In this document: piece by piece, positions 1 through 13,696 of the stretch
How positions within the stretch are numbered: position 1 is the stretch's first letter
How the letters are laid out: each line of letters starts with the position of its first letter
Assembly: GCF_006345805.1 (NCBI RefSeq)
Contig: NC_042999.1
Coordinates: forward strand, 39,990,001-40,054,000
Length of the DNA stretch: 64,000 nt
Origin: Octopus sinensis
Taxonomy: Eukaryota
Reading direction: 5' to 3'
Notes under the pieces: generated by a model
What the model saw: the letters and a program-made list of their open reading frames with translations, nothing else
Told to the model about the DNA's origin: nothing
Database searches by the model: none
Made by a program: the position numbers and the translations under genes

Positions 1-16
1 TATTATTATTATCATT

Positions 17-169
17 GAGAATCCCTCTCAACACATGGCTATGATGCTCCCCCACTACTTCTGCTCGTGATCAGAGATGCACATATCGTCAGCCACTAAG
101 GGTCATGCTCAACTTGTTATGGTCAAACAACTGACAAGCAAATCTGTGGCATTGAGCAGAATATTTGCT

Positions 170-170
<1 letters not shown>
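17..170 (-). mobile_element. Internally deleted copy of an (AAT)n-associated retroposon (same family as 52380-53386)
   Basis: Reverse complement (TACAGCAAATATTCTGCTCAAT...GAGAGGGATTCTC) matches the 5' part of the copies at 52380 and 52841. It is flanked on both sides by (TAT)n. Confidence 0.85.
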
Positions 171-227
<57 letters not shown>

Positions 228-397
228 CATTAGTATTATTATTATTATTATTATTATATCATTATTATTATTATTATTATTATCATATTATTATTATCAT
301 TATTATTATTATTATTATTATTATATTATTATTATCAGCATTATTATTATTATTATTATTATTATCATCATTATTATTATTATCATTATCATTACTA

Positions 398-439
<42 letters not shown>

Positions 440-457
440 TATTATTATTATTATTAA
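171..457. repeat. (TAT)n/(CAT)n microsatellite
   Basis: Direct reading of the sequence. Confidence 0.98.
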
Positions 458-751
458 ATTCAATAGTACTAAATATACAAAAAACTTTACGTATATTAAA
501 ATATTTTACAATCTAATTCACAATATAACCAAACTAATACTTTTCGATTTTAGTTCACATATAATAATTATAATATTAAGGATAATTAAATAAATGTACG
601 TATCTAAATTATCCTTAACAAATGAAAAAATTAAAAATCCATATTTATCAATCAATAGTCATATAGATTAAATTATAATTTCTTAAATAAATTTTATACT
701 TATGTTTCCGAAGATATATTATGAACCAAAAATTTCAAAGCGAAATAATCC

Positions 752-1146
<395 letters not shown>

Positions 1147-1299
1147 TTTATATAATCATATACCTACATATACCTACATATATATAGAGAGAGAAAGGGG
1201 GGAAGTCAAAACAGACGAAGCAAATGCACAGTAGGTATAAAAGTAATGGCTTTTCACAAATAAAAACAAAGGTATATACATAAAATAAATGATTTGAGG

Positions 1300-1660
1300 T
1301 AGAATTTTAAAAAATATGAAAATCATTATCAAGAGTCAATATAGAATGTCATACAGGTTTCGTCATCGCTGTTCTCTGACCTTGAACCAACGCCGGTTTA
1401 CAGACGTTGTTGGGTCTAATAGTACCTGAGTGAAAAGATTGTATGCAAGAGAAGTAAGCAGTTCTGTAAGTGACGTAATTAGGTTAATATCATTAATGGA
1501 GAATGAATGGCATACGGGGTGTCTGAGGATTAGCAGGATTATTGGTCTTAGTAAGTTTAGTAGTGTCATGTTGTATTTTCATGTTAAGTTGTGATTGATA
1601 TTTATTAATGAAATTTGCCTCTTTATTTAATATTTGCTGCATTGAGGTCTTCAGGGAACT
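1300..1660 (-). mobile_element. Penelope-like element remnant: GIY-YIG C-terminus and 3' region
   Basis: Minus translation SMQQILNKEANFINKYQSQLN resembles the R-x-x-KE-x-x-FI-x-K-x-x-x-x-LN end of Penelope GIY-YIG domains. Confidence 0.55.
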
Positions 1661-1950
1661 TAAATCAACACTCATCAGGAGAAATTACTCAGAAGCATTA
1701 ACAGATGAGGAGATTAAACGAGTAAAGGAATTAGACATAAAAATATTAAGGGATGTTAACCGAAATACTACACCAAATTTAAAAGTACTGCCACACGTAT
1801 CCACGCATAACCCAGGAAACAATGAAGCATGAACATCATCATCCAAAATCTACCAATTCTCACTGGAGATAAAACAATGAACGAAATTTTAGGCTTACAC
1901 AAAAATCAATAAATGCAAAATACAGCTGAAATCATTGAAAGATAATTTAC
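1650..1950 (+). mobile_element. Penelope-like element remnant: RT-to-endonuclease linker, frameshifted
   Basis: RELKSTLIRRNYSEAL...LPHVSTHNPGNNEA, then after a frameshift IIIQNLPILTGDKTMNEIL and INKCKIQLKSLK. This fits the LP-x-V-x-T-x-NP...RQPK-x-LK linker of Penelope ORFs. Confidence 0.7.
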
Positions 1951-2116
1951 CGGCGTAAGACTATATCTCTTATCAACGGAACCAAAAGTAGAAAAATACG
2001 TAGAAAAATACGGGTGGTCTAACTGTGACGTTTTGGAGGGTACAGAATTTCATTAAACACGATGAAATGTTTAAGCTGGAATTAAACTTCACTTGTGCCT
2101 TTAGAAACCTAATCTA

Positions 2117-2453
2117 GGCGCAGGAATAGCTGTGTGGTAAGATTCAGTCCCGCTGCGTGGTACCTTGGGCAAGTAACTTCTACTATAGCTACTGGCTGAC
2201 GAATGCCTTGTCAGTGGATTTGGTAGACGAAACCTGAAAGAAGCCAGTGGTGTATATGTATATATATGTATGTGTGTGTATATGTTTGTGTGTCTGTGTT
2301 TGTCCCGCCAACATCGCTTGACAACCGATGCGGGTGTGCTTACGTCTCCGTCACTTAGGGGTTCAACAAGAAGTCCTGGGGTCGATTTTCTCGACTAAAG
2401 GTGGTGCTCCAGCATGGATGCTGTCAAATGACTGAAACAAATAAAAGAGTAAA
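2117..2453 (+). mobile_element. tRNA-derived SINE, family A, with internal deletions
   Basis: Head GGCGCAGG...GCTGTGTGGTAAG, TTGGGCAAGT core, internal TA/TG microsatellite, tail GTCAAATGACTGAAACAA; homologous to 9117-9520. Confidence 0.9.
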
Positions 2454-4080
2454 TGATTAAATTATTACCTGCTTATGTTTCGGAAAATACTATATAGGCC
2501 AATCACGAATGTCCCTCAGACGAAGATCAACGCTTCACAAAGAACAAATCTGCTTCTCCCAATATAGACAGTTAATATAGACAGTTAAACCTTGCATGTA
2601 AGTACTAATTTGAACAAATGTAGTTTGATTGTCAGTATATCTATGGATATGAATGAAATACTGAATAGAATGTGCTTGAGAAATAAAATACACTTACCTA
2701 TTTAACACCTGAAACGTTAGCAATTTTAGCAATTGAAAACGATTTGTATTGAAATACAGAATTAACAGATGCTGATGAAATTACTGTTAATAAGATGTCT
2801 GTTTATACACATGGAACATTTTATACCGAATTTTTACATTTTTCGTTAATTAGTTAATTAAATATCATCTTGAGAGGCCTAGGTAAAAATTTATTTCTTG
2901 CAACCCAACCCATCCTTAGTGCTTTAGTCCATCTGTGTATAAAATTTCAAGAATACTTTAAAGTGCTATGGCAGAAAATAACATTCATATGAGAATTTGC
3001 ATTGAAACATCCTACTGATTTTTGAAAAATCGATGCTGATTGAAAATTAACGATGTTTTTTTTTTAAATTCCAAGTGCGTATGGGACTACAATGACATAA
3101 GCCCTACAAACGTGTCATGTTTCATCAAGATCGGTCTGATAATCTCGGAGGAGTTAAAGTTTAAAAAATCACTCACACAGCCACAGACAGAATTTGCCGT
3201 TTATATATACAGAAATACCTACCAACCTGCCTACATTCATATATATACGTATACATCCATGTGCGTGTCTGAGCGTGTGTGTGTGCGCACTTGCACGAAT
3301 GTATATATGTGCTACCATAACTTCATTAGTAAGTACCAGAGTGCGTTTATGTGATTTACCAGCTATATATGTAATATCTTCATTAGGGCCCTTTGAAATT
3401 ACATCTTAGCTTTCATTAGATACAAAAAATATTCTCTTCACAAAAGATTAAATATGAAAACGAAAATAATGTACAGTGTAATATTCCAGAAATTAAGAAA
3501 GAGATGCGAAATTCTGGAGCACTCGTCGAACGATAATTGCTCATCATATGCAAATATAGTTCTTGGCATTATCAAATTTTATCAAAACATTCAGAAGTTG
3601 GAAACACAGCATGTAGCAACCGCTACATCCCATCTAATTTTAATCGTGTTGAGAGAGTGTTCTTCAACAACTAAGCCATATAAAAATACTCCGTGTATGG
3701 ATGAATATACCGGAAAAATAACATTAACCTAAAAATGTAATAACAAATATTATATGAAATATAACTTCACAAAGTTATAAGTACGCTACGTGCAAAATAG
3801 TTTTAAGTATATCTCACATACCTAAATAGATATAGCTCTTAAATTTACCTCACATATCTAAATATTCTACAATGTAACATGAACCAGATTAAAAATAATA
3901 CTTTTATGTATGTAATTTTTAATTCAGGAAATGCTCTTACTATCAGATCAACGAACACACGCTAATACACATTACACTCAAATAGACAGGCAGGCTCTTT
4001 CACAACGGATGTGATCTTTTAGCATGCATAAAAAAAACTGGCATTTATTATGTGAATATTCCAAATGATGTTTGTAATGT

Positions 4081-4190
4081 AGGCTGTTAAAATGAAGCCC
4101 AGCAACATGATATCCCAACCACATCGTTCTGTGTTCAGTCCCACTGCGTGGCACCATGGACATGTGTCTTAAACTACGGGCTCAGGCTAC
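4081..4190 (+). mobile_element. SINE family A head fragment, degenerate
   Basis: CCAACCACAT...GTTCAGTCCCACTGCGTGGCACC matches the family A head. Confidence 0.7.
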
Positions 4191-5584
4191 GTAAACTTAC
4201 TCAAGCGTTAGGGACATTTGAAAGTAGTGTATGTAAATGACTATACGTAGATATTCCAGACAATGAATGAGATATGCTAAACACGCTCACTAATGGGGCA
4301 CAAATGCATAATTTCATAATTACTTTTAAATGACCCTTTATCACATTTATTTTCAAATACCGGGTGACTGTTGTAAACTATTGAAAAGCTTTCAAAATAG
4401 AGGAAGACAATAATCGAAATTAAGATAAAAAACATTACGTGAAGATTTCTTGAAGTCTCGAATTTCATGATTAAGAACATCAGATCCTCGTTTATTGTTC
4501 GTAAAATGAAGTTTGAACTCGCATTGCGTTGGACATGCCACATGATCATTTCCTTAGAAATCCCAATTCTACTTTCTGAGTTACAACATTGTTGATAATG
4601 GATTTTCTATTTGCCTACTGCTTCAATGTATAAAGGGCCAATCAAGTTATAGCGCTGGTTTATTTAGCCTTGAGCAACACCGCAATAATTGTAGCCTTGC
4701 GCAATACTAGAAATCATTATATTACTTCATTTCAATATAACACGAAGTCGTGTTTAAATAATGTGTCTATGTCGGTAAGAAATAATATTTAAAAATCTAA
4801 AGATAAATATGTAAAACTAAAATCAGTAAAGTTAATCAATAATTATACAGTATGAGGAGTCTGGTAAATTCTACAAGCATGTTTCCGAATAAAACATTCT
4901 ACGAAATACATATATTGCTTCAAGGCAAAGTGTGAGGTTATTAGGCTTAATGTTTATACTTTACGACTTATACTCATAAGATCAGGGGTTCAAAATTTAG
5001 TCAAGGTTACGTATTTTATATTTCGTCAAAGGTCATCTTATTGAGTTGCTCTAGGTTTTACAACTAATATGTGGGTGTATCCTTCTTTCCATTTAGTTTC
5101 CATAAACTAGATATTCTATCTGATCAAAATCGGGCGGAGCAAGAAGGTGTCCATGTCTGCAGCGATAGCATAGGCTCTTGAAACAACTAGGGGTAACATG
5201 CTGCTTGTCACGAAACCTTACTCAAATGTGAGGGATTTTTGATGTAGTGTGTAGAAATAGCGATACAATTTCTCATTGTAGAAATGTTTATAGAGATGCG
5301 GTTGAATTACATAATCAATAATCAGATAATAAATAAATAAAAATTTATAAAGCGGCAATTTTAGACAACTGTTATAATCTAATAATATTGAATATCAATA
5401 TATAACATCAACCAAAATTTCTAAATCAGAGAATAGTGTAACATACACTTGCATAAAACTACACACTGGTAAGAGCATATAGACGAGTATAGAGTCAAAC
5501 ATTATCCGTTAAATACACATACATTTGCTCAGAAGAGTTGTTGCCAGATATATAGTATGGATATGATTTTCTCTCTTCTCTGAG

Positions 5585-5700
5585 CAAAAACCAAAACCAC
5601 GACCTCCACACTGGTTAGGATTTGAAATATTCAGAAGCGGATCTTTTTTATCAAATTCTCTATCTAAGCACACATTTCGGCTTAGCTTAGGATATCAAAG
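5585..5700 (+). CDS. Candidate coding exon of an unidentified gene (QKPKPRPPHWLGFEIFRSGSFLSNSLSKHTFRLSLGYQ)
   Basis: Pyrimidine tract TTTTCTCTCTTCTCTGAG acceptor (non-YAG, weak), 38 open codons, strong donor AAG|GTATGT, phase 0 to 2, in-frame stop just upstream. Confidence 0.4.
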
Positions 5701-5940
5701 GTATGTGCCACCGAGGACATCGTAGTCCAAAAACAATGATGACTTATATATTTCGGACCAAATAGCAGCTAGTGCTATTCGATGTTTAATTAAACACTAT
5801 ACACCCGTTAAGGTTATTACAAGTGCCTGTACCTATATCATTATCTATTTAATCTATCGATATATATCTATCGATCTATCTACTTGTTTACGTAATATGC
5901 ATGTATGTACCTGAATATATATACACGTACGTACAAACAT

Positions 5941-5973
<33 letters not shown>

Positions 5974-6023
5974 CATACAAATATATATATATATATGTAC
6001 AGATATATACATCTATATATGTA

Positions 6024-7232
6024 CACGGATATCCGGAAGTAAATAAACATCTTTACTTTTCAAACTTTTTGATCTAGGCGTCTTAATATATCTTCAGCTG
6101 TGTAGAATTTACAACGTAATTATTCTTCTTTCATTCCAATTGCCATTACATTAAACATTTGCGAAGAGTAACCATGCTACGCACAAAAAACTCAGCAGAA
6201 CTGTCAGATTGTCAAAGAACTCCTATTGTTGGCCAACCGTAAGCTGGTCTAAGCCAACGACAAATTGCTGAAAATCTTCAAATTCCTCTTGCTGCAGTTA
6301 ATAGAATTATAGTGTAATTCAAAAGCCAAGGAGAAGAATCAACAGATTCTCGTCACGACCGACCTGGGTCCTCGGAAAGGAAGCTTCACTATTTGAAGAG
6401 AATTGGGAAAAACTAACCCCGTTCGAAGGCTTCTGGTATTGCAAAACAGCTACAAATTAGTCCAAGAACGCGTGTTACATATCTACATAAGCTTGGAGAA
6501 GAAAACCTCTCTTTCAACCAATTAATATCATGAAAAGAAAGAAATGGGCTAAGGAGATGTCAGAAAAATACAGTTCATTTTGGGCTAGAGTGATTTTCTC
6601 AGATTAATCTAATATTGCATTATTTTCAGACAGTGGACGTGTTCGGGTCTGGAGGTTTCCCAATCAAGAATTTGATTTGAAACGACTCCAACCGACTGTG
6701 AAACATGGCAGTATCTCTGTAATGGCATTGGGAGCTGTCACCAGCAATGGTCGTTCTGAGATGATCGAATGTGTTGGAACTCTGAAACATACATCGAAAT
6801 ACAAGGACTACATCCGATGTATTAACACGGTAACACGGAAGGTGGAGCTCCATGCCAAACAGCGAGAAGAAATCAACACTGACTGACTGGAAATGGGATC
6901 GAAATGCTTCATTGGCCGAGCCAATCTCCTGACATTAACCCAATTGAAAAGGGAGCATACTAAATAGAGCTATACATACCAAAAAGCTCGAGAGAAAACT
7001 AAATCTGAGAAATGAACTGTTTCGAATGTTGCGTGAAAAGTGAGCAGAAATTCCACAAGAGGCAATCACAAAGCTCATCAGTTCAATAGCAATTAAAAAC
7101 TGCAAAGGTAATGTCAACTAAATACTAACGTATGCAGTCCTACCTATCGATTACATTTCAATTGTTTGATTTCTGTACTGAATAAAATATTTTGAAAATT
7201 AAAGGTGTCTATTTACCTCCTGCATGTCTGTG
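6024..7232 (+). mobile_element. Decayed Tc1-like DNA transposon with degenerate TIRs
   Basis: HTH-like AGLSQRQIAENLQIPLAAVNRII, LQPTVKHGSISVMALG (PTVKHGGGSVMVWG motif) and WPSQSPDINPIEK. The ends CACGGATATCCGGAAGTAAATAAACATC and the reverse complement CACAGACATGCAGGAGGTAAATAGACACC are degenerate inverted repeats. Confidence 0.9.
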
Positions 7233-8085
7233 AATATGTATATATATATATATATATATACATATTTGTGTGTGTGTGTGTGGTGTGTGTGTATAAACAC
7301 ACATGCATAGAGCGAGACAAACTTGGACGCGCGCACACACACATATCATACACATATATGCGTGCACGTGTGTGTAAGCTGAATGTTTGCATGCAAGTGT
7401 GTGTATGTATATTAGATATAGCGCAGAACAACGCTTCTTAGAAAACAGATTAACATTCGAAATGAAAATGAAACCAAGGAATTTAATTTTTTATGTTTTT
7501 CTTTTACAGACGCTTAAAATCGGCAAAATATGTCGGTACACCGGAAGCAAAATTATTGTTCTCTTTTTATATATATATATCTATGTAGATGTACATACAG
7601 TGCGTGCGCATGCATACAAATATATACGAGACATTATAAAAAGGTCACCTTGAAATATTAAATGCTATCAAGTGCAACAGACTCGATAACAGACACAGTG
7701 AACTATATACAGTAACAGTATGTCTTTATGTATGACAAAGAAATTCATACTTTGATAAGATTTAAACGGCGTAGTATATTTTACTTCAGTATTACGTATC
7801 ATCAATCTTCTGATATCATTGCATTTACATCTCCCCGATAATTCTATCATATGAAGCCATGCCATAAAAAGATAAGGAAATTAGGGTATGGCTATTAAAT
7901 TCTCTAATCAATAAAATTATTTGACGAGGCTACATCCAATAAATCCAGTGAAATTCGAATAATCGATGCCACTATAAATAGCACCTGCTCATGCATCTAC
8001 GGTTTACATGCACACAGACAAACCTGAAATTCAAATAGAAACAGGTCATAAGCGTTTGTGCGTCAGTGTGCACACACACACATGC

Positions 8086-8158
<73 letters not shown>

Positions 8159-8362
8159 GTGTGTGTATATTTGTGTTTATATACGCGTGTGTGTATATAT
8201 GTGTGTGTGTGTGCGTGTATGTGTGTATGCATGTATTTTTTTAAAACAAGCACATTATTGGAAGTGACGTGGAAACATCTGTCAGTGAATCCAAAAATAG
8301 AAAACCAAATAATTTTAGATTTCCAATATCTAGATCATTTTATATGTTAAATTTAATATTTA

Positions 8363-8496
<134 letters not shown>

Positions 8497-9116
8497 TACG
8501 TATATATACACACACATGCCTTTTATCATACCCCACTGTCGCATATATCCAGAGGCCAGTGCATTATATAATTCCCACATTTTAAACAAATTTGCTCCAT
8601 GTGTTACCTTCATAGAACGCACGTGTTAATTTTTTAAAATACTAAACTAGTCGCTTATAGACAACTAGGTAGATGCATAGAGACCAACGCACATCCTTAT
8701 GTAAACAATAAGAGTAACAATTGCCTATACTAACAATATTATGGCACACCTAACTGATAGCCCCACCTAAATAAAAACTGAGAATTGCGGAAATAACGAA
8801 AGCAACAAATACAGGAACTGATTAGCTAAAGCATACCATGTACTTCTGTTCTTTTGGGTACCCCTAAAAGATTGCACTACAAAACAGCTGCCACACATTT
8901 ACTAAGTTTCTAAATTCTGGGCGTTGTACTTTTGACCTTTGTATTATCAAAATAAAAGATTAAAGGCAATGAAACTAATGAAAACTATTGACACGTTCTA
9001 CAACTAACTGCCAAAATGGACACGACTTATAATGCACACCTGCTTACAAGGTTCTCATAAGTGAATAAATTGTAACAATAACATAACACCAAATTTAGTC
9101 AATAAATATTTGTATA

Positions 9117-9520
9117 CAGCGGAGGAGAGGCTGTGTGGTAAGTAGCTTGCTAACCAACCACATGGTTCCGGGTTCAGTCCCACTGCGTGGCAGCTTGGGC
9201 AAGTGTCTTCTACAATAGCCCCGGGCCGACCAATGCCTTGTGAGTGGATTTGGTAGACGGAAACTGAAAGAAGCCTGTCGTATATATGTATATATATATA
9301 TATATATGTATGTGTGTTTGTGTTTGTCCCCCTAGCATTGCTTGACCACCGATGCTGGTGTGTTTACGTCCCCGTCACCTAGCGGTTCGGCAAAAGAGAC
9401 CGATAGAATAAGTACTGGGCTTACAAAGAATAAGTCCCGGGATCGATTTGCTCGACTAAAGGTGGTGCTCCAGCATGGCCGCAGTCAAATGACTGAAACA
9501 AGTAAAAGAGTAAAAGAGTA
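9117..9520 (+). mobile_element. tRNA-derived SINE family A, near full length
   Basis: A-box-like TGTGTGGTAAG and B-box-like GGTTCAGTCCC, CORE-like TTGGGCAAGTGTCTT, internal (TA)n(TG)n, tail ending in (GAGTAAAA)n. Confidence 0.93.
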
Positions 9521-9941
9521 ACCTCCTCAACATAAGAATCCAACCTAAAACCAATTACGACTACACTCAAACCCACAAAACCAAGGAAGATCGAGCTTAT
9601 TCCTCAAATGTCTGACGCATTTTCCCTAGTGCGATACGCTTCAAATGACTTTGCACAGGTCGGTCTATTCATTTCAAAAGAATATGTATGAAGTTTTTAC
9701 GCAATCCTACCTATTTCCAGTGTCTTACACATACAATGTTTCGCTGATTCAATCGTGGGTCGTCTGAGAGAGTGTACAAAATTGTTCAGGAAAAAGCAAT
9801 TCCGTTGAAAAGTAAATGCCATACAAATAGAAATAAGTGAGCGAAGACATACCTGAAGAAGTTAATTCTTTACCTTTGTTTTCAAAATTACGGAGACATT
9901 AACCCTTATCATATTTGTAAACCAGCATTTTTCAATTTCAA

Positions 9942-10500
9942 CATCATCATCATTGTCCGACCGTGGTCGAGACAATGGAATTTACCATGCTACGCCAGAC
10001 TTCACGGTCCATCATGGCATTACGGAGGTCTTGTTGCTGGATGCCTGTATCCCTGGAGATTACATCAATGTAGGAGAGTGTGCGCCCTCTGGTATTGCGA
10101 GTAGATGGCTTCCAGAGGAGAAGAGTAGAAATTACTTCTTTTTCAGCTCTACAACAATGTCCAGCAAACTGGACTCGCCTACCTTTCACAAGAGATGACA
10201 CAGGTGGTAGTTTCCCATATATTTGCATTTTGGTTGGATGACGCTTCCACGAGAGATTTTGAGCTCTCATTAGTAGGCGAGTGTAGGTTCCATCAAACCG
10301 CCTCTCAAGCTTCTTTGATAACGTTCAGTTTTCTGAGCCATATAGTAGAATTGGTTCGACTGTGGCTTTGAAGATTTCAAGTTTGAAGTCTCTACTTAGA
10401 TTTGATGACCAGATCTTATGCATGTCATTACAGGCTGACCAGGCCATACCTTTTCAATGAGGCCAAAACTGAATACATAAACAAGTGCCTGTCCAACAGT
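9942..10500 (-). mobile_element. 5'-truncated RTE-type LINE, 3' end with (GAT)n tail
   Basis: Minus translation AWSACNDMHKIWSSNLSRDFKLEIFKATVEPILLYGSE...RRVQFAGHCCRAEKE...LRNAMMDREVWR is typical of the RTE-clade RT C-terminus. It ends in a short (GAT)n run. Confidence 0.85.
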
Positions 10501-11769
10501 GATTGCATCATCCATACTCTTTTCAATTTACTGATGTGTCATATAAAATGGAATTCATATTGTTGAATTTATTTCCATGCACCTTCTTTATAACCGTAAT
10601 AAAAGAGCCGTTACTCTTTTTAAACATGTATTGCTCTGCAGTTCACAACGACCATCGTCTTGTTCTATGTATGCAAGATTTTCCGCTTTCTAAGATGAAG
10701 CAGATAATGCTGGGATAGTCAATACATATTCTTTGGATTTACATGCATTTCTGGATAATATTTGGCATTCCTATGTATTCAAATGCGAGTGATTAATATA
10801 TCGACGTTTAACAGAATATAGTATTTATTTGTTTCCTCCCAATGAAATTATTTACGTTTCGTGGATATTTACTTTTTGTAAGCATTAAGAGAAGTACACT
10901 TTGTTGTGTAACTACATTCGACTTATTGGATGGCCACATTACATATAACGTCAACATAATTCTCTCTTGTTATAAGGATTCCTGAAAGTTAACGAATTCA
11001 GATACGCACAGAAACAGATAAACATAAATTGTCAACATCAATAGGAATAACATTTTAAATATATTGAAGCACATTTCGTTTCTTTGCGCAAGTGTGTATG
11101 TGTGCGCATATGTCTGTGTGCGTGTGTGCGTGTGTGCGTATGTGTGTACGTGTGTGTGTGTGTGTGTGAGCGCACGCTCGCGCCCGTGTGTGTGTTTTCA
11201 TCGTGTTGCGTGTTCGTCTTTAAATTGTGCAATACAGAAATATATGATTATTTTCCTCAATTTTGAAGCATACAATAACTGTATGTATTTACCCTGAAAG
11301 CATTCAGCCTTTATGACTGTCAATAAATGTGTCATCAGTGACAAACTTACGCGTATTGATTCTTTTATGGAAATCTGCCACTTATATCAGTTCATTGTAT
11401 TCCTTAAACCATATATCAGACCCGAGGATGTGGTTACCAATCGAAACGAATTCTTGTCTTCAGAATTCTCTTGATTAGAATGTTTTTCAATATACAAAAT
11501 AAAATCCACAGGAAAGGCTTTCAGTGAATAATTCAACCGATTCTCCCAAGGACAGCACTGCTCAAAATAGTGTGAATACTTTTCTTTACAAAAGACAGAC
11601 TTTAAATCTGTTTAACGTTATTTATAATTTAATTTTACATAGTTGTTGACTCACAATAAAGTTAATACTTACACGAATGGACCTCTGTCCCTATTATTAA
11701 ACTATGTATCGTCACGTGTATGAGTAAATTTTGGTAATGCTTTGCTATTTCTTTTAGAAATATGACAGT

Positions 11770-11915
11770 GAGGTTGTAGACTCGTTAGCACGCCAGAAAA
11801 ATGCTTAGCCATATTTTGTCCAGCTTTATATTTTGAGTTCAAATTCATATAAGATTGACGATGACCTTCATATTTTCAGGACTAATAAAATAAGTACCTC
11901 TTGAGCACGCGGGTC
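11770..11915 (+). mobile_element. SINE family B, degenerate copy
   Basis: CGTTAGCACGCC...AAATGCTTAGC...GAGTTCAAATTC...AAAATAAGTACC...GGTCGATG matches 38690-38905. Confidence 0.75.
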
Positions 11916-12381
11916 GATGCAATTTCAGGCCTTTTGCTTAGAGTAAAATGAATTCTTTCTTTTGGAAACCATGTTACTGCCTCTGCGTATGACTCTTCAA
12001 CTTTTTAACCAATGTTAACATACCTTGCGAAATGTGTTGTGATTCTTTCGTTCTTACTCAGATATCAGCGCTATGAATATCTTTGCGTTTGAACCTTTCA
12101 GTTTCGATTGAATACATCATTCCTTACCAAGGCAAAGGCTGCCACGTTAAGGGTTAGAAAGTATGGAACAAACGCCGAAGTGTCTGCTTTCAGAATGCAA
12201 ATCAAGTCACCAAATACCACACGGCAAACTATTCGCCGATCTAGTCACCACCTTTATATACAAATCACTTACTGCTCTGCTGCTTTATGTATACGTATAT
12301 ATTTGTGTGTGTATATATATATATATATGTGTGTATGTGTGTGTGTGTGTGTATGTATGTAAGTATGCGTATGTATATGTG

Positions 12382-12469
<88 letters not shown>

Positions 12470-12477
<8 letters not shown>

Positions 12478-12690
12478 AGTGTGTTTGTATCTTCGTTTTC
12501 CCCATCACCGCTTGACACTTGGTATTGGTGCGTTTACGTCCCCGTAACTTACTGGTTCGGGAAAAGGTAATGGTAGAATAATTATTACGCTTCAAATATA
12601 AGTACTGGTATTGATTTGGTTGACTAAAACCACACAAGGCAGTCTTCCAGCATGGCCGCAGCATGAAACAAATAGAAGAATAAAAGAATA
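12470..12690 (+). mobile_element. SINE family A tail without head, preceded by long TA/TG microsatellite
   Basis: CATCACCGCTTGAC...GTGCGTTTACGTCCCCGTAACTTA...CCAGCATGGCCGCAG matches the family A 3' half. Confidence 0.8.
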
Positions 12691-13696
12691 TGTGTGTGCG
12701 TGTGTGTTTTATAATTTACTTGACTTAGGTTTGTGAGTTATAGACTCACTAATATGTTGGAAATAGTTATTAGATATAATAATTCCTTCGTAATATTTTC
12801 GCTGTATGTGAAGTATTGCATGCAAAAAAAACAACTTGAAGTGAAGAAATTTAATATGCTAGTAATAATAAAATAACGCCTAAACGATAAATACAAGCTA
12901 AATAAAAACATAATGCTGTTAATACGAACTTCGGTTATTAGTTGTACTAATTGAATTCATTTCTAGACCCAAATATTAGGCAGCTATTAGCCAGCACAAT
13001 ATGTACTACGGATGGAGCGTGATGGAAGTTTACGAAGTTCCCTTCCCAACCTTGGTTTCTAAGTTAACGCTCAAGACAGACACTGCGTTGTTTGAGAAAG
13101 GCAATTATTACATTGCAATATCCTCAAGTCAGCACAGGTCTAGAGCAATTTTGAGGAGAATTGTGTGAACAGAAACTACGAGAAAGCTGGATGAATCTTC
13201 TGTACCAGTAATTCAAAGGCACAATGTTTTGATATATTTTGTTCCACTATTGGTTCCATTATAGAAACCATTTAAGCCTAGATCTATTTGTGGATCGATC
13301 AGTCACTACTGCGTTGACACACTGAGTGAAAAACTTTAACTGAGTGATAACTGTATCGTTATTATCGAAAAGACTGAAATCCATGTAATTAACATTTCGC
13401 ATTTGGATTTGGTTTGCAAGATTCTTTTAGCATTTACTATGATTACTAAAATGGTCATAGTAACGACAAGCTGTAGAGCAATTATTCGATGAGGTTGGGA
13501 CACACAGAATGAATCTAATCCCAAACACGCAATGAAGTTGACAATATGTCTCTTTTCCATAATCTCTGAACTGACGATATAGAATATGTTTGAGAAGGAA
13601 ATTTAATTGAAGACTAATTGTGCTCAGCAAATAGACTGTATCCACGAAAGAAAATCAAAAACTGTGCACGACCAAAATATCTGAAAGTCAATAGTT

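Noticed and set aside
2499-2597. Exon-like segment ending at CAT|GTAAGT
   Set aside because: All three frames contain stops; a 13-bp tandem duplication (AATATAGACAGTT) breaks the best frame.
3454-3732. 92-aa non-repetitive ORF
   Set aside because: No convincing donor, no recognisable motif, and the length is within chance expectation across six frames.
9721-9836. Exon-like segment with one in-frame TGA, and a similar case near 34514-34640, as evidence of systematic stop recoding
   Set aside because: Stops are frequent in AT-rich DNA and I picked these segments by their splice signals, so selection bias explains them.
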